In this document: piece by piece, positions 1 to 13,805 of the stretch | Numbering within the stretch: the first letter of the stretch is position 1 | Layout: every line of letters starts with the position of its first letter | Assembly: GCA_965153455.1 (NCBI GenBank) | Contig: OZ234493.1 | Span: forward strand, 1,674,001-1,738,000 | Origin: Sphagnum compactum | Taxonomy: Eukaryota | DNA length: 64,000 bases | Direction: 5' to 3' | Position numbers and translations under genes: made by a program | The notes under the pieces: model-generated | What the model saw: only the letters and a program-made list of their open reading frames with translations | What the model was told of the DNA's origin: nothing | The model's database searches: none

Positions 1-1570
1 AGCCACCCAAATAGTTACTTAAAACCTCTACGACACCCACGACGCCCATCATGACGCCATTTAACAAATTTGCTAGACTTGACACATAACCGGGTGTACA
101 CCCCCAACATTTGACAAATCCATTATGTATTTCCTCGAGCTTTATAGACAAAACCAAATGAATCCGTTCAATTCAGATTGTCCATGTTACAAAGCCTCTA
201 AGTAAGGCCCATGGCTCTTCAACCTCCACAAAACATCTTGGGACTTTGAGTGCAAACTTGATGCAATGCATATAATGCATTAGAGTTGTTCTAGTTTGGT
301 GACAAGTCTGACGTATCCCGGTTGTTCCTCTGAGGGCATTGTGAATTTCTCACAAATCTCGTCTTTGGTGGCAAACCTACCAAAACCTAACAAATTGTGA
401 GGGAAAAAGAATCGCAAGCAATTTAGACAATTACCTACCCAATGTTGATTTTTTCAATGGGATAGTTTGGTGACATCTTTAGTCTAGAGGAAAATAACTA
501 TTGGCAAAGAATTTGGGATAGAAAGTAGCATTATTTGAACCTATGGGACACCCAATTTGAAGTTTGAAATTGCTTTGGAAATGGCCATCTCTTTTACTTC
601 CATTATCCGAGTCAATTTCATCACCAACTACATAACTCACTTTTTAGCACCGTAATAATACCTTTTCAGGTTCAGCAGTATTTTTCATTTTTCATTTTTT
701 TAAATTCCAAAATTTTAAGAAATTATTTGTTTAAGGTGTCGAAATTTAAGTAAATTACAAGAGTGGGTAAAATACAAGAATTGGTGAAAACTCAGGAGCT
801 TCTCTTTTGGGTTGTTTTGTAATAGAAATTGTTGAAAAAGGTCTCATTATGTTAAAGATCTAGAGTCTAGAAAACCTGGCAAAGAAGCTCCCTATATTTA
901 TTGCCTAAATTTCTTTTTTTTTAAAATTAATTGCCCAAATGGATTTTTAAAAATAAAATAATTATTCGATGCTCAAGTGCCAAATCTGAAAAGGTAATAT
1001 GATATAATTTACAACTCCTATGCTTTAGGGTTCCCATATGTTTTCAACTTGTTGCTTTATTACTAGGTTCCATTCAATGATTTTATTTTTTTCAAAAAAA
1101 ATCATTTCTTGGACAAAAACAATTGGGGAATGTTTTTTAAATTTAAATTTGCCTGATTTTGCTAATTTTTTGGAAATGTTAGCCAATTTTCTTAAGAGAC
1201 AAAATCAGGGGAAAATGATAGTCCCATAATAATCCTAAATTTTCAGACTCACATTTAATTCACCCCAACAAGGGTATTATTTAAGTGAGGTTGCATGGAC
1301 CCCAAAACCCCATATCTTGCAATGGGAGTGGCTATGAAATCACAATCCCTGGGACGAAAAACATCACATTGCAACACCTACCACACATTGTTAAACTACT
1401 TGTGATTAGAATATTGTTAAACTACTTACATTGCATGGCCCAACCAACCAAGTCCTCCTCCCCCAAAAACATGTGGTAAAGAAAGATGTCTATTAGGCTA
1501 TTGTGTTTTCCTTTTCCATGCGAAAAGAACATAACATTGCACATCATATGGCTTAATTAGGTTTGCAAAT

Positions 1571-2012
1571 TACACTCACAAAGTGGATAAACCCTAAACC
1601 ACTTAAACCATTTAGGTGCACAACATTGGTTTCACATTGGTTTGTGATGGGCCCTTTGGCAAAGAAAAACACCCTAAAAGACTTGTGAGTATTATTGTAC
1701 TATTGTTTTTCTTAAGGGATTTACACTTACAAAGTGGATAAATTCTACACCACCTAAACCATTTACATGCACAAAATTGGTTTCACATTGGTTTGTGATG
1801 TGCCCTTTGGCATAGAACAAAAAACCCTAAAAGACTTGTGGGTATTATTGTACTATTGTTTTCCTTAAGTCATGTACACTTACAAAGTGGATAAATTCTA
1901 CACCACCTAAACCATTTTACATGCACAACATTGGTTTAACATTGGTTTGTGATGGGCCCTTTGGCATAGAAAAAAAAAACCCTAAAAGACTTGTGGTATC
2001 ATTGTACTATTT
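1571..2012. repeat. Tandem repeat, about 152-bp unit x3
   Basis: Units start at 1571, 1722 and 1875 with tacact(c/t)acaaagtggataaa...cattggtttgtgatg..ccctttggca...ccctaaaagacttgtg. Confidence 0.9.
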
Positions 2013-4343
2013 TCTAAGCCTAACTCTAGGCCTAGCCAAAAAAACAACATGAATGAAATGTAGGTTTTTTTTTTCCTAGTGAATGTGCATAACACCCATA
2101 TCAATCAATTCATGCACACATTTGCCCAAAACTTTGCAAAACAACCCAAAAAAGGACGTTGGTTGGGGAAGGAAGTAGGGGCCAATGGAGGAGGGCCCAT
2201 CACATGCATGTACAACCCAACCTGACAACCCAAGTGAAAAAAGCAATTTGTCCCATAATACAAGGTGTTCACACTGTACAAAATTGGCTTGCAACCAAGC
2301 TTTGAAAGCAGCTCAAAAGCTTCATTCATTCATTTCAAGCCTTGGTGGGTGTGCATGAAACCCTAAAAACCAGAACTGATCTGTCACCACCCTATTGGTC
2401 CATCTGTCAAGCTCATGGAACTGCTTTTTTTAAAAAAAATTCAGAGTAATGTCTTTTTTCTTTTTCTTTTTCTTTTTCTCTCTCTCTTTTTTTTTCTGGG
2501 GGCTGCCCTAGAGTTTTGTGTCAGGTACATGGCAGAATACCCTCACTACACAAATGGTTTTGCTTATGGGAATTTTATCATGGTGATATTGTGAAATTCA
2601 TTAGGACTTCAGATCTGGGTTTTTTTGGGTTTTCAAAATTTTAATTTCTCAAAATTGGCAGTCTTTTTTATGGAAAAAAAATAAAATTACACTGAATTTT
2701 TTCATTTTTCCAATTTTTTTTTTTTCTTCTCAAATGTTTTCTTTGCAAAATAGTGATAATTTGCCACCAAACAAAATGTCGGCTATAAATATTACAATTA
2801 TGAGAGATTTTTTCTGCTTGTTAAATTTGATAAGGTACACTTGTGGGTCACTCATAGTTATCAATTGAAAACAATTGTGTTATAGAAAGCCCAATCAATT
2901 CATTTTGTATTGTTCATCACTTGATGATTTCTTGAACAAACATATGGTCATGTGAACATAAAAGATGTTGCCCGTTGGGTGGCCAAAGGTTGTTATTGAC
3001 ATGGTGAACTTTCACTTTGCAAATTATCTTCAACAAATGTCATATAATATTTTTTTTTCCAACATGATTTTTTTGGCAATTTGTTTTTTGTCAAAATTTA
3101 TAAGTACATGTATTGTGGAATATTGTAATATCTAAGCATATTGATTTTGGAACATTATATTTATTTCTTTTTCAATTTTCTCATATTACATGTTGGTGAT
3201 CCTCTGGAACCTATTAGCTAAATATGACAATCTCAAAAAGAAGAAAGCTAAAAAAAAAATCTACCCAAATCCTCCAAAAATCTTGACAAGTTCATAACTT
3301 TCTTCCTCCAAATGTGGTGATTTTTAAAGAAAATTTCCAAAAGGCTCCCTAGAGCATGTTGCTTGGGACCTTTTTATCATAATAGCAAAATGGTGAAATT
3401 TGGCCACAAAAAAAGAGAAAAAAAAAAAAACTGGTTTGGAACATATATACCATTGTGGCAACCTTCTTATTTTTGACAAAAGATTGGAATTATGGTTGTT
3501 AGAAATTGTGGGTTGAATTTGTTACACTTTATACTTTTTCTCACAGTGACTTTTTTCTTTCTCAAAAAGAAAATAGAGTTATCCGTAAAGTCACCCTGTC
3601 TTTGGGCCTACCTGCTTTCATCCCCTCTCCCCTCTTTCAGTGGGATCCACAAAGTAAGGAAATTTTATTAAATCTCGGTATGAAATGTTGAAACTCAGCA
3701 TTTAATGCACAAGGTTCGAGAGTAATTATAGTAGTTGTACAGGTAGGAGCAGTGAAAACATATGTACCAGCACTGGAGGCGCTCAGGAACAAGGAAAGAG
3801 GGGATGAAACTTAGTTTACCACCAAAATTGGTGGAAAACTAATAACTTTGTAACAAGCTTATTATAACAATTTTCATGACACTAGTTCTTTTGACAACAA
3901 TTCTCTTTAGTTTTGAATCTCATTAATCTTGACATGCAAAAATATTTCATACCCTTTTTTCCTTTTTTGACATTTTTTTCTTGTTGCATTTCTAACATGC
4001 GCAAAACAAAACCAACCTTAGTGTGACTATTCCCTGTAGACACGAATTTATTTTCGTAGACATTCTGTACACACTACATCCATGGATCCACATGTAATAT
4101 AAATCAACTATGGTTTGGTGGGCATCATGCCTTGGTTTGCACTTGACCATTTTAACTAAGCAAGTATGTAACTTTACATATAAGTTTAATACATTATTAC
4201 CTTTCATGTGAGTTTATGGGAATCACTTGATACCTTTGAAGGAGCAATTGTAAGGGTATACAAAGATGTCATAAACCAAAATGGACGTCATAGTCATGTT
4301 TTTTACAAATAATCAATTGTGTTATAAACCACTTTAAAAATAC

Positions 4344-4779
4344 CTAGTGTAACATATGTCGTTGATCCAAGTGTGAATTTGTTACCCAACTAGTTTTTCC
4401 ATCCAAAAACCATTTTTCGTAATTTTATTGAAGTTCCAATGACAAAAAATATTCAAAATTCACTTGCACCTTAGGTCTAAAAAATTCTAGATGACCGTCA
4501 TTAAATCTTACTCATTAAAAGCTATGCAATAATATCAGGAGTGCACAAAGATTCCTCTGTAATTTTAGTTTCAATTTAAATGAAATTTCAGTGAAATTTT
4601 GTTCAATGTCAATAAATTTTTGACAATATGTCAAAACATTATGAAACAAACTTTGTGCATCCCCTACTCGTAAGGGCTTTCCAATGGTACCAAGAGCATG
4701 GCAAGAGGCACAATGGTTTGGGAGATCTCAACATGACAAACAAACAAAACCAACAAACTACCTTCCCTTCATAGATAGA
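4344..4779 (-). mobile_element. Probable short non-autonomous Helitron (degenerate)
   Basis: Minus strand starts A|TCTATCTATG at 4779 and has CTAG at 4344-4347 preceded by a decayed hairpin region. The 3' flank is not the canonical T. Confidence 0.35.
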
Positions 4780-5082
4780 TCACATTAACAAGAACTATGC
4801 TATGTGTATCATTAATAAAAAAAAATGCAATTGTCATTCCCTTGTGAGCAACTATTCACTTGTGAGCAACCATTCAAAATAGGTTTTGAAAATAGGGTTA
4901 GACATTAGACAAAAATTCTATTTAAAAATTGGTTAATACGAAAAATACCCAATAGCATTTCTACTCTATTTTTTGTTGCAATTTTAATTTAATGGCAATA
5001 AGAAGGCTTATATAATCACCAATAATCCAATTTGGGAATATGTGGCTTTTTGCTAGGTGGATACAACTTCACAATGTGGGAG

Positions 5083-5085
<3 letters not shown>

Positions 5086-5114
<29 letters not shown>
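5086..5114. repeat. (GT)n microsatellite
   Basis: Seen directly. Other SSRs: (GCCT)n about 8976-9001, (AC)n about 40690-40713, (TA)n about 40917-40944. Confidence 0.95.
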
Positions 5115-5118
<4 letters not shown>

Positions 5119-8100
5119 AGAAGGTTGAATACAAAGGATTTGGGGAGGGGGCAAGTGGGGGAGGCACATTAGGAGGCCTGGAGTAAGGGCATGAGAGGGA
5201 AACTCCAAGGGAAAAGGGGAAATGGAGTGGTAGAAAAGAAATATGAAATGAAAAAGGTTGTTGAATTAACAAAACTTTACACACATAAGATGGCATCAAT
5301 AATGCAATATACAAAATCAATGAACCATTGTTCATGGATAAATTGTAGTGGGTCACACAAATGAAATGTGACATCAAAGAGTTTAATCTTCGGATTACAC
5401 TACCATTTATGAAATTGTCAATACAAATGAAATGCACCCTATATGGATAGAACTATGTTCATAGACAAAATTTATCACACATGCAATTAGCCATATGAAT
5501 CTAACTATTGTTTAGAAAAACTTCACTACAAATGAATTAATTGTTTTCATGGAAGGAATTACACACGAATGGATGTGAACCTCGTAAAGGGAAATAATAA
5601 CATAGATGAAATTGACAACACATGGATGTAATAATTATCCATCCATATGGTTATTTGCATTCACATGGCATGTTTCAATAGTGCCATCCAAATGGTCATG
5701 TCATTTCTATATAATTTATTGGTTGTATTGTCAATTTCACTAATTTGAGAAGCTTTAACCATATGGTGCAGTTCCACTCATATGCTTTCATTCACCAATT
5801 GTCCACTTGTCATCCACAATAGCTATTTTTTTAATGCTCAAAAAAGAAAAACTTGTCATAAGGGTTTTGGGTGTTGGGACAGAATCATGTTCAAGGCTTT
5901 GTGAACTTTGTCTTGTATTCAAGACAAAAAAATTTCATTTTGGTGTTGAATAATTGAGAATGAATCACACCAAAAGTTGAACATCTAACAAGATGTAAAT
6001 AATAAAAGTTACTGTGTTTTTCGCAATCTATTTTTATAATTTTGGGCCTTGAGCTAAAACCATATTGAGTTGTTGAAATAAACGTATGATGGAAAAAATC
6101 CCTAAAACCCAAAATGAAACGTCACAAGATGAAGGAAGTGTAGATTAGTGCATTTGTTGCATCTACACTTTTTGATTCTTCCTTCATCAGTAGCTCCTAA
6201 AACTCGTACATGCTTCCTCCAAAATATAAATTTTTGTTGGTTGAAATTGCTTGCTTGAGATTCGTCTACTTCAAATTGTAGAATTTGTGTTTCTTGGGAA
6301 CTTTTCTAATAATTCCATGCTGTTTTTCGTCACTACGCAAAACAAATTGAAATAGAATAAATTCCTTGAACATTCTTGTTCCTCTTTGCATGTTGTATGA
6401 TATGTAATGTTGTGTGATTTTAACCCCTTCATGAAATTTTACTGGGCCTATTGAAGAAGAGTTCCTAGCCTTGGCAACAACTTCTAAAGATCATGCATGT
6501 TGTGCACAATTCAAACACAAATATACGAAAATTAAGCATCAATATTCTCTTAGGCTTTTCTTCAAGACATTTGTCAAGTATTTATTGCATGATGTTAGTT
6601 TTTTTTTATAGTTTGTTATTTGTTGTTGTAACCTGGTGCAGTAAGAACATGGTTGGATCCAACACTTTGAATTGAGCAACACATGTACTCTTTCAAGGAC
6701 ACTATTTAGGGTAAATTTGCGAAGGAATTTTTGCCGACCAATTGACCACCTCTTTATTTTCAAAATTGTAAGTAAACAATTCATGTAATCTTAATTTGGT
6801 TTCCTTTTTTGAGTTTGATGATGCTATGAACATCTTTTCTATTAGTGAAAAGACAACAAGCAACTTTTGTGTTGAGGATGCATATTTTGTTTCACTCATT
6901 TAATTAATAAGAAATCTTCAATCAATTGTCACACACCTTCTCACATTTGAGAAGCCAAAATATAACAAAAATCAAACATTTTGCTTCAAAACTTACATTA
7001 GCACAAGTAGCAAATCCAAGAGTTCAACATTCAATTCTCATAACTTGATTAAATTTTCTCAAATTTGCATGTGGCATAATATACATGAGGGATTAGCACA
7101 ACTCTAGAGCTCTCAACATTTCCATCAACCCAGGCTCCTAAAGTTCCTACAACCACTTCAAATGTTGTCTAGTAGTGGCATGGCAACTTATGTGGCACTA
7201 CCATGGATTTTTATACACAAGTAAAAGTTGCAAGACATTTCCTTCATTCGATTGTTTCAATTGTTACAATGCAATTTGCATCACATATCCTTTTAAGACA
7301 CTTCTGTATCGTGAATAAGGTTCTGTCCCCTCAGTTTTGCCACTGTCATGGTACCTACAGGGCAGCACCTTAGACTGGTGAGTGAAGAAGCAACACCAGT
7401 TTTGTTGATCTTCAATCCCATAATCTAGAACTTCAAACCTCATTGATCAGACCCTTTTTAAGCAAAGCAAACTAGTACATCATTGTACCACAGGCATGAA
7501 GGAAGTTGCTCACCAGTAATAATAGTGAAGATTGCTCACCAGTAATGGAATGGTGCCACACCAGCCAGTCACCACAATCTGGACCAGGCCTTTGTCATGT
7601 TCCTTGTCCGAAGAGAAGTAGATCCAAATATGGTTCTCAAGCTTCAATCATGTGCACTCCAATGGTGCTACATAGGTATATAACTCCATAAATTCATTAT
7701 AATCCAGTCGGCAATGTCTATGGTCCAAGTTGCTTTTAAAAGCAAGCTGTGTACTATTGATCTTGAGCTGGAGCAACCATCCCAGTGATGCCCCATGATG
7801 ACCACTGAACAGGGACATTCCAACAAGTTGACCCAACAGATGGGGCTCATATACCCAAGTTGTCAAAACAGCTCCAGTATAGGGAAGTTGACAATGTAGG
7901 AGCCATAGTGGGGAAATTCATTCAACACAAAAAAAAATTGTGACAGAATTTGCAAATTGTTGACTCTGGTGGGGCTATTGCAACATTGAGTACGTACTAG
8001 AGAAAGCAAAAACAGGGTCCCAAGCAAGCAACTGGATATATATATATAGCAAATCAACAGGTAATCTTCCATATGACACAACAAACTTGCCAGTCATAGA

Positions 8101-9107
8101 TGGTGAAAGCAGCATTCAGACTGTTGAACTTTAGAGCAATCAGACAGGATAAAAAAATGGTGGTTACCTCAGGGGTTATGGAAAACACCCAATGTCATTT
8201 TTGAGCTGGACATGAAGAAGAGCATCATCTGCACACCAGCAGAGTACTTGAAACCCTAAGTGAGAAAACTGGCAAACTCTTCTAGGAAGAAGAAGAAAGC
8301 CAGCAAATGAATAGAAATGGTATAAATCCACATGAAGATCACATCTCAAAGTTTGCCCAGTAAACACGGGCTTGCACCTAGCAGAGCCCCTATTATGTTT
8401 TTCATCTACACACTCTACTCCTGGCTTGGCTCCTCCTCTCAATTCCCGCATGGCCCTCCTAATTTCTTCTTTCATCATCATCATATACCACCATCAGTCA
8501 TGATGTGTATGTTTTCTCTCTTTCCTGTTGGTTAAGAGAATCATTAAGGATGCAATCTAGACCTAAAAGAAATCAGTTTCTTCATCTCTGAAGCTCAGAC
8601 AAGGACTCAGAGAATTGATAGAGGTTGACATGTAATGATCTATGTCTTTGTTTTCCCTACACCCACTGCCAGTCCATATCTCAAGGAAAAGCAGCTTCAA
8701 CACAGACAGCCCTAGACCCTCTCCAAACTCCTTGCCTTTGTAGTTTCAAAAGCATTTTGTCAAGGTTCCCCAATCCAGAGAAAAACTCAAAGTTCCTGTC
8801 CACTAGAGTTTTCTCAAGATTGTTGTGTACAAGGTAGCCCCCTCTCACTCTGGCTACCCAACCCCAGATTCTTCTTCCCCAGCCAAAAAACAAGAATCCA
8901 GGAAGTTCATCTTGTGTAGTTACTTATTCTTGCTCAAAGTGACTAGGAAAGAGAAGCCTGCAAGAATCCTCTCTCTGCCTGCCTGCCTGCCTGCCTGCCT
9001 GAACTTTTGAGTCCCAAAATGAAGAGATCATGAAGCAAAAGGAAATTTTAGGTATCTTCCTTTCTTGGTACACATCAAGCACGAGCAAATTTTTTTTCTT
9101 TTGCATC

Positions 9108-11779
9108 TTACGCTGTCCATGATGCTGATCTAGTAAGACATGTTCGTGTCATCTTCTTATCTTCCTCCAAACCTATCATCCCCAAATGTGAGGGGTCTTC
9201 CAGCATCATTTTCGCAACCAGGTAACCTGCAATAGACCATGTCTGAAACTTGCGTGCCTGCTTGCCAACGTAACGGCCCAGCTTCCCATCATAATATTCA
9301 GGCCACCCATCCTTTGACAGCCTTTTCTCTATCTGCTCAATTGCTCGTCTTGCAATTTGGGGCCTACCTGTCTTTATGCATGCTGCTGTCAACATCCACA
9401 AAAGAACTGCAACACCAATGGAAAAACCTTAATTAGTAAAATTCTGCTGCAGACAAAATACTCTTTATCAAAGTTTGAATGATGATTAGATCAGTCAGGG
9501 TTGTTTTTTTTCTTTACCTGGCCAAGAGCCTGCATTATGGTAGCTCCATCTTGTGTTCTTTGGATCACACCCTGTCACAATGCGCCATTCATTTCCCTCC
9601 AGAGCAGGATAAGACACCTTCAGAGGCATTTCGCCTACAAGCTCCTCCCAACGTTCCTCAAAAAGATCCATGATAGCAGAAGCTTGTTCAGGTGTTGCAA
9701 GGGAGGAGAGAATTGCCATGCAATTGCCGATAGCAAACCACCGGAAGTCCATCCGGGCAGGGCTCACATTCCCAATGAAGTAACCACCCTTGATTGGCAT
9801 GAAATCAAAAACCCAATCGGGAATTGAATCTGGAATGACATTGAATTTGTTTACAGCAGTGTGCGAATACTCTTCTGTCTTATAACGGTAAATGTTGTTG
9901 AGCTGGGTGTGGTCTAGCCAGAAGTAGGCACGCATGTGGAAGCTGAGTGCATGCAGCCGTTTATCAATTCGCTCCAGAAGCTCTATACCCTCTCCTGGTT
10001 TTAGGAGACTTTTAGCAGAACGCAGCGCCATGAAGAACAGAGATTGGATCTCAATTGGATACCCATAGATACCCTGCACAAAGCATCATCAGAAAAAATA
10101 GAGAAGGCAGCAACATAGGCATACATCAGGATAGACCTCAATGTTTGATTATGGAGAAACAGACCACCTTCTCTGCTGCAATCAAGCAATGCAATTGTAA
10201 TGCAAGTGAAGAAGTAGGCCAAGAATTGACACTTTTTAAAGTACTATACTCTTTAAACAATCAAAGGGGAAGGAAGGTTTTTCTTCCAAACCCACGTACC
10301 ATCCGCCGGTCAGTCATGCAGCATCCATCTGCACAGAGGAGAGTCGGAAATGTGTCAAAACCATCTGAAAGGCATAATGTGAGGATGAGCCGCATGCCTC
10401 TTTGGCAGTCTGCCATATCTGCTAAGCTGTGGTCTCCGGTCGACTTTGTGTATGCCCGAAGAAGAATGATCCACCAGAATCCAGAATCTACAGGGGCCAC
10501 CCGACCAATTGCACTCTCGCCAAAATCAGCAATCATTGTATCTGTCTTGCGAAGAGGGTCATGAAGCACCTGCAACAACAACATTCTGAATCCATTCAAA
10601 AACCCTTATAACAACAGTCCCATCTGTCCATCTGTAAATGAAAAGCCAAGAAGATGGTGCTGGAAACCTTCAATTCTGATGGGAGTAAAACAGATGAGGG
10701 TCTGTCAGATCAAGATACAGTGATATTGACTATTACAAATAATCATTGTTTGCCATGATGACAGGAGATCTGAAATTGCACCAAGGTGAGTGATTGAAGC
10801 TTCTTTTCACCTTGAAACTGGCCGGCATAACTCCCTCACCGAGAGTGAAACAGTCAATGCGTTTCTCGATCGATTGAAGCCGCAGGGTCTTCAACAAGAA
10901 ATTCTTCACAATGTCAGGTTCCCCATTCATGAGAAATGCAAGAGCACTGGGTACAAAGTCCCGCACAAAAACCTGCACAGACATACATAAACACACACAT
11001 ATGTCACCATGAAGAGCTGGCAGATCAGATAGATGCATCAAAAGATCAATCAAGAGCTGATGCTTCAGCAGGTCTGTTAGGGTACTTGGGCTCTTCAACA
11101 AGAACTGTCAGAAGATAGCCATGAGAGCTTGAAAGACAGATTGATTGCAAGGAGATAAAAGAAAAAGAAAAAAAGTTCTCCTTCCACTCTTCCTAGAAGC
11201 TGGGCTCCAGAGAAGCAATTTCCTTCAGCAATCCGTGATTTCGCAGTATGCCACAGAAATGCACAAGACAACAATCTTCACAACCAACCCATTGAAGCTC
11301 ACCTGGTTATAGTTGAGGGATTCCTCAGTGGGATCCATGGCAGCGATGGTGCCAACAGGCTTGGCACGGAAATACACCAACGATCTCCGGAGAGCTTCCC
11401 AAGCATCAGCGATCATCGGATGCGGTTCAAAGGAGGGATGATCCCGCGGGGTACCAGCGGAAGAGCGAATGCTCGGAGACATCAAACCCTCCAAGCACTC
11501 GGAGCTCTTCACACTCTCCAGCGTCCTGGGTGGCCGCGGTGAAGCTAGCCCCGAAGAGATGATCTCGCTCAGAGACCTCTCATCCAGCGTCGTCCTGATC
11601 GGCGCGATGGGTATCGGAATTGGTCGCGTCCTAAGCTCCAGAAGCTTGCTAAAATCAATCCCACCACCGCCGTCCTCCCCTGCTGCTGCTCCATTGTAGT
11701 ACGCATCGGAGTTGCTGTTGTTGTTGGTCCTTCCCAGAGCCTCCGGCGAGGTGTCCAGAGACAGGCTAAAGGAATACAT
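9108..11779 (-). CDS. CINV: Cytosolic alkaline/neutral invertase (glycoside hydrolase family 100), 587 aa, 5 coding exons
   Basis: Exons 11779-11303, 10972-10811, 10569-10300, 10073-9518, 9406-9108. All introns are GT-AG with consistent phases (1764 nt). GH100 motifs are joined across introns: [80 protein letters not shown]. The C-terminal RSASW is typical of cytosolic CINVs. Start taken as ATG 11779 because an in-frame TAA lies just upstream. Confidence 0.95.
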
Positions 11780-12665
11780 CTCCACCAGCCTCCCTTAGTA
11801 CAACCTCTGTGGGTGTCGCAGTTCCTAAACCCTGCGTCTCTCTATCTCTCTCTCTACACTCTCTGTGGGTCTCTCTCTTTCTGTGTCTATCTGTGCATCA
11901 AGAATCAGGAGATCTGTTTCACCTGGTGACCTATGTATGTTCTCAAGGGATTTCTGTTCTGAAAGCAGCTGGTGCTGGAGAAATGGGATTGCTTCCAGAC
12001 TTTCTTGTAATTCTTTCTCAACAGATATGAGGAGAAGAAGAAGAAGAAGAAGGAATCATGGAAGATGGTATGCCTATGCTACACAGTATAGGCTTACCAA
12101 TGCAGTAGCAGCAGACATGATCTCTCCTGCTCTTGGCTTCTCTCTACTGCAATTCGTCTTCTACTTCTTCTTCTAACCAGTTCCTTCGTCTGCACTCTCA
12201 GGCGGCATTTCCCTGTGGATGTCAACAATCCAATCCACCACCCGAGGTTTTTTGCAAAATGCAATGCACGCGATGTCCGGATCTTGAACAATCCCGGTAT
12301 CGCTCTCAACTTCTATTGCAGAAGAGATCCTCTGTGCTACTTGGGGTGTTTTCCTCACTACCGTGAGCAACAGAGTAATACTTGTGTGCCCAATTCTGCC
12401 TTCTTCTGCCCCACACCCACACACACACAAGTCCTGAAGAAAACAAGATTCAAGTGGAGCGGGATTCGTGAAATTTGGACAAGATAGGGGACAGACAGAC
12501 AGGCTGTAGTCTGTAGAAGAAGGTACCACCTGTACTAAACAAAACAGAAACGAGCGGAAGATGGCACCAAACCCTCGGCGACTTGATCGTGCAAACCAGA
12601 AAGTGGGTGTGGAGGAATTACAACAACAACATGGGCACCAAACCACCCACGGCAAGAATTCCAGT

Positions 12666-12667
<2 letters not shown>

Positions 12668-12705
<38 letters not shown>
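12668..12705. repeat. (GA)n microsatellite; (CT)n on the invertase sense strand
   Basis: Seen directly. Such tracts are typical of plant 5' leader regions. Confidence 0.95.
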
Positions 12706-12712
<7 letters not shown>

Positions 12713-13499
12713 CGAGTGAGCGAGCGAAGTTTTGTTCTGCAGAAGAAGAAACAGGGGGTGCTAGAGCAGTTACCAGGGTCACACAGACAAGACTCTGAGT
12801 CGATTTTGAGATTTTGAGAAAACGAGAGAACAAGAACTCTTGCTAGACAGATGCACTTTTCTCCTTCCCTTGGCGAGAGAGAGACAGAGAGAGACAGGGA
12901 GAACTGGGCCTGGCTTGCTGCCTGCGTGCACAGGAAGCTTGAGTCCAAGGAGATTGGTGTTGGTAAGCTGAACAATAGCTCAAAGAGCCCCCGTCTCCAA
13001 AGAAAAGAATAACAACAATGAACAACGTCAAACACAAACAGCAAAACCCATCCGCAAAAACAAAAAATCAAACCACAAAACACAACAAAAACACAGACAC
13101 AGACAGACCAAACCCAAAAAACAGAAGCTACTGGGGGGAGGATGTCCAAAAACCGATAGAGCTCTGTCCTTCTGCGCAGAGAAAAATTAAAAATTAAAAT
13201 ACAAAATAGAAGGAACAAAAACAACAAAAACAACAATAGAATCAAAGCAACGGAGAACAAAAAAACAAACAAACAAGAGAGAAAAACAGAAAACGGAAAA
13301 ACAAAAGAGAAGAGAAGAGAAGAGCAGAGAATGAGAACGACACAAATGCAAAGAGAGAGCGAAGCGAAGAAGAGAAGAAGTGAATCAATGGAGAGAAAGA
13401 GGAAACGAAAGAGAAGAATCCAATTAGAAGAAAAGCTTTATAGGAAACATGAGAGATGAGAGAGAGAAAAGAGGAGATGAAAACATGAAGAAGAAGAAG

Positions 13500-13805
13500 A
13501 AGACAGAGCGCAGAAGAGCTTCACGGCCCTGCCTGCTGCGTCCAGGCCACTGTGCAGGCAGCAAGCAGCCGCGTTGCAGACGGGCGGACGGGCGGGCGGG
13601 CGGGCGGGCGGGCGGGCAGGCAAACAGGCACGCAACGCAACTCCTCGTCTCTCCTCGTCTCGTCTCGTCTCGTCTCCAACGGCGCCCGTCAGTGGGATCG
13701 AACGGCCGTGCTCCCGCCTCCCAGGGCCCCGCCTCTTCCCATGCCTCCGGTCACCGGGTACGGGATCGCGGGCTGACGTCACCCGGTAAAGGAGGATAAG
13801 ACAGA
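13500..13805 (-). promoter_or_regulatory. Probable GC-rich promoter of the invertase gene
   Basis: CpG-rich island at the edge of AT-rich DNA. It contains a (GGGC)n tract at 13581-13616, a palindromic TGACGTCA (bZIP C-box) at 13774-13781 and GATAAG at 13795. CT-rich leader-like sequence follows on the minus strand. Confidence 0.5.

Noticed and set aside
7300-8550. Short ORFs downstream of the invertase
   Set aside because: No recognisable domain or coherent exon chain; probably 3' UTR or intergenic.
12173-13799. Many 70-245 aa ORFs upstream of the invertase
   Set aside because: They are products of GA/CT, poly-A/C and GGGC simple repeats in leader or promoter DNA, and give low-complexity translations.
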